A stretch of DNA of 30,436 nt. Origin: a virus (taxonomy: Duplodnaviria > Heunggongvirae > Uroviricota > Caudoviricetes). The notes beneath the pieces were generated by a model. The model saw only the letters and a list, made by a program, of their open reading frames with translations. It did no database searches and had not been told where the DNA came from. The stretch lies in the IMG/VR virus record IMGVR_UViG_2693429557_000019; one strand, given 5' to 3'. This document shows positions 18,103 through 26,402 of this stretch, piece after piece (positions within the stretch are counted from its first letter, which is position 1; the number at the start of each line of letters is the position of its first letter). Made by a program: the position numbers and the translations under genes.

Positions 18103-19175
18103 TTACGCTCCCGGCTCTGCGGTCGCTTTAGCCGGTGTGGAGAAATCACCGACCTTAATTTTTTCCACCAGACAACCGGCGGCGTAGTCCTCCACCACGT
18201 AATCAATGTTCATTGACTCGTAGTTCTCCACGCGGTCGAGTTTCGGGTTTTCCACAATCACGCGGCGATGGCTGTCATCCATGTAGTAGATGGACAGGTT
18301 TTCCAGCTTCGTGATGAGCATCGCATCCGCCGGGAAGTACGGGACGCGTACCGCCGGCAGGTTACCGATGCGTTTCTGGCTGATGATGACGTCAGCGGCC
18401 AGCATCTCGCTGTTATCCTGCTCCTTGTTGACGATAGGGAAATACTTGTCCGCCAGTAGCTGACGCCCCACAATCACCACAAGGTCAGGGTCTTCCTGAT
18501 ACCAAGGTTCAATCAGGTTGTTGGTCGCATCCATCACCAGTGCATCGAGGCTTACATAATCACCGCCCTTACCCACGCGGATAACCTCAGAGGTGGTGCG
18601 GCCTTCCTCGTCAGTGACCTTGCTCATCACGCGCGCCGGGGCTTCATTCGGTATTTCTGCAGCCAGCCGACCGCCACATCCTGCAGCATCGGATTACTGT
18701 TGCGGTCAGAGGTTTCGGCACGCTTCACGCCGTTAAAACCGGCCATGATGAAATCAAGGGACTGGCGTTTGATAATGGCGTTACGGATACGGAGCTGGAA
18801 ATCCTGATAACGCGCCCACAGGTCAAGCGTTTTGTAGCGGATATAAAAATCGAAGTTAACCTGGTCGCATTCGTACTTGTTTGACGCCAGCTTCGAGAAG
18901 TCCTTCGGCTGACGCTCGGTGCCACCGGCGGTGTCGGTGGTGCTGGCGATGGAGCCGGTGACACCGATGCCAATTTTTTCCCCTTTCATTTCACTGACCG
19001 GCACAATGTTGATGCGGGTCAGAAAGTCAGAGGACTCCTGCATGGTGTTCATCAGGGTCTGGGTGACCGACGGTTCAACGGTGAATTTTTTCGACACATC
19101 ACCGGCGTCGATGCCGTTCAGCTCGGCAACACGGGACAGGTAAGCATTAAATTTAAAGCGGGTTTCCTGGCGCAT
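18103..19175 (-). pseudogene. N: Major capsid protein N, disrupted by a 1-nt frameshift (two ORFs of 182 aa and 175 aa)
   Basis: Two adjacent same-strand ORFs (18627..19175 and 18103..18630) in different frames together give about 357 aa, the size I recall for intact P2 gpN. The upstream ORF ends LQKYRMKPRRA-stop while the other frame reads NEAPARVMSKV across the same nucleotides, so a single missing base near plus-strand 18647..18648 accounts for the break. Confidence 0.75.
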
Positions 19176-19233
19176 AGTTTTTCCTGAAATTAAGGGTTAA
19201 TCGTGAAGGTTTTCCCGGACTGACTGACGCCGG

Positions 19234-20088
19234 TCAGCAGTTCGTCATCAGGGCGTCACCGCCACCACCGGTGGCCTTGCTGCGGCGCTGCTGGGTCAGA
19301 CTTTCGGTGTGGTCGAGACTGTTTTTCAGGCGGGTGAATGCCTGGCTGGTTTCATCCGCCCTGTCAGTCACCTCCTGCTTAAGTGCAGAAAAGGCGGTTT
19401 CCATCTCAGCGAGGCGCTGCTCAGTGGCGCTCAGTTTTTCCTGCACATGTTCAGCAACAGCGGTCACCGCTTCATGCACGTCATTCAGACGGGCATCATC
19501 GCTGGCCTGTTTGCGGCCAAAAATGGATTTCACCTTTTCGGTCAGGGCGGTGAACACGGTTTCAGGCAGGTCTTCAAATTCCAGCTCAACAGGCGTTGCC
19601 ACTGAAATCAGGTTTTCAGGGCTTAATTTGAAGCGGTTCAGGGGGTTGTGTTTTGCCGTGCGGCAGAATTCCAGGTATTCCGTGCCGAGGCTTGCCGGGT
19701 CATCGGTGACGGCCAGACCCACCAGATAACATTTGCCGGTGTTGGCAAAGTTCGGCTGAATTTCCATTGAGGTGTAGACCTTCTGCGCGGCCTTGTTCAT
19801 CGCGATAAGGTCATCGGTCGGGGTGATTTTCGCAAACAGCGCCCATTTGCCTTTCAGCGCCGAATCATCGTCAATCTTTTCGGCCTTCAGTTCGGCCACA
19901 TCGCCATAACGCTTAAAAATACCGTCAGGCAGGATGCCGCGCAGATGTTCCAGGTTAATGCGGCAACCATAGACACGCGGGTCAAAGGTTTCGGCCATTT
20001 CCTGAATATCCTGCGCACTGATGACACGCCCGTCACAGGTGTCACCCTCAACGCCGATACGAAAGAATTTTGAGACTTTTTTTGCCAT
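19234..20088 (-). CDS. O: Capsid scaffolding protein O, 284 aa
   Basis: ORF trimmed to the Met at MAKKVSKFF (cat at 20086..20088), giving 284 aa as I recall for P2 gpO. Divergent from P, as in P2. Confidence 0.85.
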   Translation of the reverse strand: MAKKVSKFFRIGVEGDTCDGRVISAQDIQEMAETFDPRVYGCRINLEHLRGILPDGIFKRYGDVAELKAEKIDDDSALKGKWALFAKITPTDDLIAMNKAAQKVYTSMEIQPNFANTGKCYLVGLAVTDDPASLGTEYLEFCRTAKHNPLNRFKLSPENLISVATPVELEFEDLPETVFTALTEKVKSIFGRKQASDDARLNDVHEAVTAVAEHVQEKLSATEQRLAEMETAFSALKQEVTDRADETSQAFTRLKNSLDHTESLTQQRRSKATGGGGDALMTNC

Positions 20089-20261
20089 TGTCAGGAGTCC
20101 TGAATAGTGATTAGAGGAGTCACATGTCGGCATCAGTTTCCCGACGATGCGCATCCTCCGCCATCAGTCCCGGATGGTTTATCACTGACACAACAGCACA
20201 TTAGCGAATCGCGGGGCGCGACTCAGTAGCCTTGCCGTGTATTCATCACGGCGAGGTATTC

Positions 20262-22034
20262 ATGACCATCACCACAGACACCACTCTTTTACACGACCCG
20301 CGTCGTCAGGCGGCGCTGCTGTACTGGCAGGGGTTTTCCGTGCCGCAGATTGCCGCCATGTTGCAGATGAAACGCCCGACGGTGCAGAGCTGGAAACAGC
20401 GCGACGGCTGGGACAGTGTTGCCCCCATCAGCCGTGTCGAAATGAGTCTGGAAGCGCGGCTGACCCAGCTCATCATCAAACCGCAGAAAACCGGCGGTGA
20501 CTTCAAGGAAATTGACCTGCTCGGACGCCAGATTGAACGACTGGCACGGGTAAACCGCTACAGCCAGACCGGCAACGAGGCAGACCTTAATCCGAACATC
20601 GCTAACCGCAACAAAGGCGGGCGTCGCAAACCGAAAAAGAATTTTTTCAGTGACGAGGCCATCGAAAAGCTGGAGCAGATTTTCTTTGAGCAGTCTTTCG
20701 ACTATCAGTTGCACTGGTATCGTGCCGGGCTTGAGCACCGCATCCGCGATATCCTGAAATCCCGCCAGATTGGCGCGACGTTTTATTTTTCCCGCGAGGC
20801 GCTGCTGCGCGCCCTGAAAACCGGCCATAACCAGATTTTTCTGTCGGCCAGTAAAACGCAGGCGTATGTGTTCCGTGAATACATCATCGCCTTTGCTCGT
20901 CTGGTTGACGTTGACCTGACCGGTGACCCGATTGTCCTGGGCAATAACGGCGCAAAACTGATTTTTCTCGGCACCAACTCCAACACCGCACAGAGCCATA
21001 ACGGCGACCTGTACGTCGACGAGATTTTCTGGATCCCGAATTTTCAGGTACTGCGTAAGGTGGCATCAGGTATGGCCTCACAGAGTCACCTGCGCTCGAC
21101 CTATTTCTCCACCCCGTCCACGCTGGCGCACGACGCCTACCCGTTCTGGTCGGGTGAACTGTTCAACCGGGGACGCGCCAGCGCCGCCGAACGTGTGGAA
21201 ATCGACGTCAGTCATAACGCCCTTGCCGGTGGTCTTCTCTGTGCGGACGGCCAGTGGCGGCAGATTGTCACCATTGAGGACGCCCTGAAAGGCGGCTGCA
21301 CATTGTTCGACATTGAGCAGCTCAAACGCGAAAACAGCGCCGACGATTTTAAAAACCTGTTCATGTGTGAATTTGTTGACGACAAGGTATCGGTGTTCCC
21401 GTTCGAGGAGCTGCAACGCTGCATGGTCGACACGCTGGAAGAATGGGAAGACTACGCGCCGTTTGCCGCAAATCCGTTCGGCTCCCGCCCGGTATGGATT
21501 GGTTACGACCCGTCACACCGTGGCGACAGCGCCGGATGCGTGGTGCTGGCACCGCCGGTGGTGGCCGGTGGCAAATTCAGAATACTTGAGCGTCACCAGT
21601 GGAAAGGCATGGACTTTGCCACCCAGGCGGAGTCCATCCGCAAACTCACCGAAAAATACAACGTCGAATACATCGGTATTGATGCCACCGGCCTCGGTGT
21701 CGGCGTGTTCCAGCTCGTGCGCTCGTTCTATCCCGCCGCGCGCGATATCCGCTACACGCCGGAAATGAAAACCGCAATGGTGCTCAAGGCCAAAGACGTC
21801 ATCCGCCGTGGCTGTCTGGAATATGACGTCAGCGCCACCGACATCACCAGCTCGTTCATGGCTATCCGCAAGACCATGACCAGCAGCGGACGCAGTGCCA
21901 CCTATGAGGCCAGCCGCAGCGAGGAAGCCAGCCACGCCGACCTCGCCTGGGCAACCATGCACGCCCTGTTAAATGAGCCACTCACCGCCGGTATCAGCAC
22001 TCCGCTGACATCCACCATTCTGGAGTTTTACTGA
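20262..22034 (+). CDS. P: Terminase ATPase (large) subunit P, 590 aa
   Basis: ORF trimmed to the Met at MTITTDTTLL, giving 590 aa as I recall for P2 gpP. Divergent from O and followed by Q, as in P2. Confidence 0.9.
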   Translation: MTITTDTTLLHDPRRQAALLYWQGFSVPQIAAMLQMKRPTVQSWKQRDGWDSVAPISRVEMSLEARLTQLIIKPQKTGGDFKEIDLLGRQIERLARVNRYSQTGNEADLNPNIANRNKGGRRKPKKNFFSDEAIEKLEQIFFEQSFDYQLHWYRAGLEHRIRDILKSRQIGATFYFSREALLRALKTGHNQIFLSASKTQAYVFREYIIAFARLVDVDLTGDPIVLGNNGAKLIFLGTNSNTAQSHNGDLYVDEIFWIPNFQVLRKVASGMASQSHLRSTYFSTPSTLAHDAYPFWSGELFNRGRASAAERVEIDVSHNALAGGLLCADGQWRQIVTIEDALKGGCTLFDIEQLKRENSADDFKNLFMCEFVDDKVSVFPFEELQRCMVDTLEEWEDYAPFAANPFGSRPVWIGYDPSHRGDSAGCVVLAPPVVAGGKFRILERHQWKGMDFATQAESIRKLTEKYNVEYIGIDATGLGVGVFQLVRSFYPAARDIRYTPEMKTAMVLKAKDVIRRGCLEYDVSATDITSSFMAIRKTMTSSGRSATYEASRSEEASHADLAWATMHALLNEPLTAGISTPLTSTILEFY

Positions 22035-23068
22035 TGAGCAAGAAAAAAGGGAAAACACCGCGACCTGCGGCAAAAACAATCACCGCCAGCGCCCCGAAAA
22101 TGGAAGCATTCACCTTTGGTGAGCCGGTGCCGGTACTCGACCGCCGTGACATTCTGGATTACGTCGAGTGCATCAGTAACGGCAGATGGTATGAGCCGCC
22201 GGTCAGCTTTACCGGTCTGGCAAAAAGCCTGCGTGCTGCCGTGCATCACAGCTCACCGATTTACGTCAAACGTAATATTCTGGCTTCAACGTTTATCCCG
22301 CACCCGTGGCTTTCCCAGCAGGATTTCAGCCGTTTTGTGCTGGATTTTCTGGTGTTCGGTAATGCGTTTCTGGAAAAGCGTTACAGCACCACCGGTAAGG
22401 TCATCAGACTGGAAACCTCACCGGCCAAATATACCCGTCGTGGCGTGGAGGAGGATGTTTACTGGTGGGTGCCGTCCTTCAACGAGCCGACAGCCTTCGC
22501 GCCCGGCTCCGTGTTTCACCTGCTGGAGCCTGATATTAATCAGGAGCTGTACGGCCTGCCGGAATATCTCAGCGCCCTTAACTCTGCATGGCTGAATGAG
22601 TCGGCCACGCTGTTCCGCCGCAAGTATTACGAAAACGGCGCACATGCCGGATACATCATGTACGTCACCGATGCCGTGCAGGATCGCAACGATATCGAAA
22701 TGCTTCGCGAAAACATGGTTAAGTCGAAAGGCCGCAATAACTTTAAAAATCTGTTTCTCTATGCCCCACAGGGGAAAGCCGACGGCATTAAAATTATCCC
22801 GCTCAGTGAAGTGGCAACGAAGGACGATTTTTTTAATATCAAAAAAGCCAGCGCCGCTGACCTGCTGGACGCGCACCGCATCCCCTTTCAGTTGATGGGG
22901 GGCAAGCCGGAGAACGTCGGGTCGCTGGGTGATATTGAGAAAGTGGCAAAGGTCTTTGTCCGCAATGAGCTTATCCCGTTACAGGACAGGATCCGCGAGA
23001 TAAACGGCTGGCTCGGTCAGGAGGTCATCCGCTTTAAAAACTACTCACTGGACACTGACAACGGCTGA
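22034..23068 (+). CDS. Q: Portal (capsid vertex) protein Q, 344 aa
   Basis: 344-aa ORF; start overlaps the P stop (ATGA). Followed by a terminator and the cos site, as at the P2 left end. Confidence 0.9.
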   Translation: MSKKKGKTPRPAAKTITASAPKMEAFTFGEPVPVLDRRDILDYVECISNGRWYEPPVSFTGLAKSLRAAVHHSSPIYVKRNILASTFIPHPWLSQQDFSRFVLDFLVFGNAFLEKRYSTTGKVIRLETSPAKYTRRGVEEDVYWWVPSFNEPTAFAPGSVFHLLEPDINQELYGLPEYLSALNSAWLNESATLFRRKYYENGAHAGYIMYVTDAVQDRNDIEMLRENMVKSKGRNNFKNLFLYAPQGKADGIKIIPLSEVATKDDFFNIKKASAADLLDAHRIPFQLMGGKPENVGSLGDIEKVAKVFVRNELIPLQDRIREINGWLGQEVIRFKNYSLDTDNG

Positions 23069-23073
23069 ACATC

Positions 23074-23095
23074 GCCGCCTGCGGGCGGCTTTTTT
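23074..23095 (+). terminator. Rho-independent terminator after Q
   Basis: Perfect 6-bp GC stem gccgcc / ggcggc with a 4-nt loop (tgcg), followed by a run of six T. Confidence 0.6.
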
Positions 23096-23235
23096 ACACC
23101 CCGCCATCACGCCCTCACACGCTCATCACCGCACAAAAAATCCCGCAGACACACCAACGCCCAACGGGCAGACTAAGCGCCGTCACGACGCGCTGAGACG
23201 CTGGAAAATAAAATCAGCACCACCGCCAGCGCGCA

Positions 23236-23254
23236 GTGCTTTCCCCGCCTCGCC
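23236..23254. other. cos: cos site: 19-nt cohesive-end sequence (reverse complement of GGCGAGGCGGGGAAAGCAC)
   Basis: Plus strand reads gtgctttccccgcctcgcc, the reverse complement of the P2 left cohesive end as I recall it. Adjacent sequence toward Q also resembles the P2 left-end sequence from memory. Confidence 0.8.
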
Positions 23255-23439
23255 CGCCCGCTTCATGGGGCGGTTTTAATGCAGTTGCATGAACACTCCA
23301 AGAGCACGCCAGCGCTAGTGATAACTAACAATAAAAGCGACTTCTGACGCATGCAAATCCATGCACATGATGGCATTTTTCATGATCTATGCGGTATGCT
23401 ATCCGCTTCAATTTTTAACACTTGTTAAGGGAACTAGAC

Positions 23440-24582
23440 ATGGACATTATTGATTTAAAATCTCAACTAGAAAATGAAGATAATGCCAAGAAAAGAGCAG
23501 AGTTGCTTGCTCAGCTAGAGGTGATAAAGCAAAACGCTGAAGAGCAAATTCGTGCTGAGCAAAAGGATGTGGATTTTGAGACCAAAGAATTTACCGTTGA
23601 GTTATTAGTTAATAAGTATCATAACGGATTAGAGGATGATACTAACGAACTCTTTGTTCCTGATTATCAAAGGGATTTTGTTTGGAGTGAAAAAAGACAA
23701 TCAAAATTGATAGAGTCTTTGATTTTGGGTTTTCCTATACCATATATATTTATAGCAGATGTTCTCTCCGAAGATCCCGATTTAGATGGGCGAATTGAGA
23801 TTGTTGATGGCTCACAACGAGTTAGGACTATACACGCTTTTATCCAAAATGAATTAGTTTTACAAGACCTGAAATCTTTAGACGTCCTTAATGGTTTCAA
23901 ATTCCAAGATTTACCATTATCACGTCAACGTCGTTTCATGAGAATTCCTGTCCGCGTTATAGAATTGAGTTCTAAATGCAATGAAGAAACCCGTAGAGAT
24001 CTTTTTGAGCGTATTAACTCTGGCAGCGATATATTGAAAGATATGGAAGTCCGTAAAGGATCAGAACTTGGTTCAACAAATTTATATACACAGGTTATTA
24101 AGCCATGCTCAACAATACCTAAATTTAAAGAATTAGCACCTTTATCTCAGACTAAAGAAAAACGAGATGAACGGTTAGAATTTACATTAAGATTCTTTGC
24201 CTACGTAGATAAGTACAAGAACTTTGATCATTCCGTACGGGATTTTCTAAATGACTATATGTCAGAAAATCGAGATATAGACGAAACTAAACAAAACTCA
24301 ATGAAACAAGAGTTTGCTAATGTTCTATCTTTTGTTGAAAACTATTTCCCAGCAGGATTCAAGAAAACTATTACTGCAAAATCTACACCTCGAGTTAGAT
24401 TCGAATCTCTCGCTGTTGGCGCAGCACTTGCATTACGTGAAGTCCCTGACCTTGTTCCCAAGAACTTAGATTGGCTAAGCTCAGAAGAATTCAAACGATT
24501 GACCACTTCCGACGGAGCTAATAGTCGCGTGAAGGTAATTGAACGAATTGAATATGTTCGGGATAAATTATTAGAGGATTAA
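23440..24582 (+). CDS. DUF262 / ParB-like domain protein (GmrS-like N-terminal domain, no recognisable HNH/DUF1524 nuclease), 380 aa
   Basis: Contains VPDYQRDFVWS and IVDGSQRVRTI, which fit the (I/V)PxYQRxxxW and DGQQR signatures of the DUF262 ParB/Srx-fold domain. N-terminal coiled-coil. AT-rich. Start taken at the ATG at 23440, 8 nt after an aaggga Shine-Dalgarno (the ORF track begins at a TTG at 23422). Confidence 0.85.
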   Translation: MDIIDLKSQLENEDNAKKRAELLAQLEVIKQNAEEQIRAEQKDVDFETKEFTVELLVNKYHNGLEDDTNELFVPDYQRDFVWSEKRQSKLIESLILGFPIPYIFIADVLSEDPDLDGRIEIVDGSQRVRTIHAFIQNELVLQDLKSLDVLNGFKFQDLPLSRQRRFMRIPVRVIELSSKCNEETRRDLFERINSGSDILKDMEVRKGSELGSTNLYTQVIKPCSTIPKFKELAPLSQTKEKRDERLEFTLRFFAYVDKYKNFDHSVRDFLNDYMSENRDIDETKQNSMKQEFANVLSFVENYFPAGFKKTITAKSTPRVRFESLAVGAALALREVPDLVPKNLDWLSSEEFKRLTTSDGANSRVKVIERIEYVRDKLLED

Positions 24583-24583
24583 C

Positions 24584-25264
24584 ATGGATCGTTTTCGTGA
24601 GGATTTTGACGAAAGGTCAGGAGAGATCTTGGCCTATTTGGATCTTTTGAAATTTATTGAGTATGCCGGTGCAGAACTGATATCAGCTGATGATAAAGAA
24701 CATAAGTTCTCCATTACTGCTCAATCACGAAAAACTCTAAAGGGAGCAGTATATATACTGTTATATAACCTCATTGAATCAACAATGAGAGAAGCTATCT
24801 GCCTTATTCATGAGACTATTTATGATAGAAACGTAGAATTTGACAAACTCAGGAAAAATCTCAGGTCAGAAATATTAAAAAGATTAAAAAATGAATCTGT
24901 AAATGTTGAAAGTTTAGTTAATCACCTTACCAAAGGTATATCTTGCGGTATATCTTATGGCACGTTCAACAAAAAGAAAATATTCTCAGGAAATATTGAT
25001 AGAGAGGAAATCAAAGAAAAATCGAAAATATATGGTTTTTCTACACATTCCGATTACACTCACACTAAACATGGTGAAAAATTAGCCACTGTTAAACAAC
25101 ATCGTAATGATTTATCTCATGGCAATGTATCATTTGCTGAGATTGGAAAAAATGTTTCATATCAGGACTTAGAGAATATTTCATTAGAAGTAATCGCCTA
25201 TCTTGATGCTATCGTGAATAATATAGAGCACTATATAAATAATAATGAATATTTAGAACAATAG
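24584..25264 (+). CDS. Putative HEPN-domain protein (Rx4H motif), 226 aa
   Basis: Translationally coupled to the upstream gene: TAA at 24580..24582 and ATG at 24584, with agagga 6-11 nt upstream. C-terminal region carries HRNDLSHG, fitting the HEPN R-x4-6-H motif. AT-rich. The HEPN call is motif-based inference only. Confidence 0.7.
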   Translation: MDRFREDFDERSGEILAYLDLLKFIEYAGAELISADDKEHKFSITAQSRKTLKGAVYILLYNLIESTMREAICLIHETIYDRNVEFDKLRKNLRSEILKRLKNESVNVESLVNHLTKGISCGISYGTFNKKKIFSGNIDREEIKEKSKIYGFSTHSDYTHTKHGEKLATVKQHRNDLSHGNVSFAEIGKNVSYQDLENISLEVIAYLDAIVNNIEHYINNNEYLEQ

Positions 25265-25270
25265 TTATAA

Positions 25271-25294
25271 GGCCTGTAAAGCAGGCCATTTTAT
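25271..25294. terminator. Candidate bidirectional terminator between the convergent HEPN gene and the methyltransferase gene
   Basis: Stem ggcctg / caggcc with a 5-nt loop, followed by attttat on the plus strand and an A/T-rich stretch on the other side. Sits exactly between the two convergent stop codons. Confidence 0.5.
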
Positions 25295-26319
25295 CATTCT
25301 AAATGGTTCTTGATTGATTGCCCAATTGCTTTTCCTAGTTCCACAGGAACAGCATTACCTATCATTTTCCCAATACTTCTTATAACAAACTTGTTTTTGT
25401 CTTCTACAAAAATATAATCCATCGGGAAAGTTTGCAATAAAGCAGCCTCTCTAAGAGAAATCGCTCTATGCTGTTCTGGATGTCCAAAACGCCCATTCCC
25501 GAAACCATAACAAAGAGTTGTAATTGTTGGACTTGGCTTATCCCAAGACATGCGCCCATATACACTAGCATACCCTTTACCGCTGGATTTCATATGACAA
25601 GCGGCAACCAACTCTTTCGGCCAGTCCTTCCATGTACCACCAGGAACAGAGTGTATAATTCTTTTTTTATTAATCGGATTTAATTTACTGGCTCTATGTA
25701 ATATATCATTTGGATCTGTTTGGCCATCTTCTAATGGAGGAAGATTTCCTATTGCATCTCTAACTGTTTTCAAAATAACATCGTCACGTTTTACTAACTC
25801 AATCGCCCCCAATTTTGAGGCCAACAATACATGACGGGAACGGTTTTGTGGGATTCCATATTCGACACAATCAATCTTAGACGCCCAAACATAATAGCCC
25901 AACTTTAACAATGAATTATAAAAATCATTATAAACTTTATGTTTAGTTACATCAGGAACGTTCTCCATTGTTACGATTTCTGGAGATACTTCGCGAATTA
26001 AACGTTCGAACTCATAAAGAAGAGGCCATTTTTTATCATCAGCCTTATCTTTTCCTTGAGTATATTTTGAAAAAGGTTGGCAAGGTGCGCATCCTGCCAA
26101 TACTTTTACAGACGCATCACCATAAAGCCTCAGCAGTTCCTCTTTTGTTACTTTAGCGATATCTTGCTCAATAAACTTAGATTTATTGTTTCTTTCATAG
26201 GGAAACCTACATTCCCCCTCAAGGTCAATGCCTGCAACGACATCAAGCCCCGCAAGCTGCAAACCATGAGTTAATCCGCCAGCACCACAAAAAAGGTCTA
26301 TCACCTTTACAGTCATCAC
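25294..26319 (-). CDS. DNA (cytosine-5)-methyltransferase, 341 aa
   Basis: Conserved C5-MTase motifs seen in the translation: FCGAGG (motif I, AdoMet binding), GCAPCQPFS (motif IV with catalytic Pro-Cys), ENVPDV (motif VI) and QNRSR (motif VIII). AT-rich. Confidence 0.9.
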   Translation of the reverse strand: MMTVKVIDLFCGAGGLTHGLQLAGLDVVAGIDLEGECRFPYERNNKSKFIEQDIAKVTKEELLRLYGDASVKVLAGCAPCQPFSKYTQGKDKADDKKWPLLYEFERLIREVSPEIVTMENVPDVTKHKVYNDFYNSLLKLGYYVWASKIDCVEYGIPQNRSRHVLLASKLGAIELVKRDDVILKTVRDAIGNLPPLEDGQTDPNDILHRASKLNPINKKRIIHSVPGGTWKDWPKELVAACHMKSSGKGYASVYGRMSWDKPSPTITTLCYGFGNGRFGHPEQHRAISLREAALLQTFPMDYIFVEDKNKFVIRSIGKMIGNAVPVELGKAIGQSIKNHLE

Positions 26320-26402
26320 TCACTCCAAATCTATACGATACTCAGTATACATCCCTTTCTACAAAATCTCGAGGCCTAACTTATAAACTCATATTTATTG
26401 AG

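Noticed and set aside
18103-19175. The split of gene N considered as a programmed frameshift or two genuine genes
   Set aside because: No slippery heptamer at the junction, and intact N in P2 is a single ORF of the same combined length; a mutation or sequencing error is the simpler explanation.
20089-20261. Divergent late promoters for O and P with TGT-N12-ACA dyads
   Set aside because: Such promoters are expected here from P2 biology, but I could not find a clean TGT-N12-ACA dyad by eye in this interval, so no coordinates are claimed.
20289-20999. 236-aa minus-strand ORF, with others at 21078..21416, 21513..21962 and 22418..22876
   Set aside because: Antisense to terminase P and portal Q, which are strongly supported; no independent coding signal.
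23440-24582. The DUF262 protein considered as a ParB partition protein
   Set aside because: No ParA partner and no parS-like repeats nearby; the gene sits in a defense hotspot coupled to a putative HEPN gene, and DUF262 is the ParB-like NTPase domain of restriction/defense proteins rather than a partition ParB.
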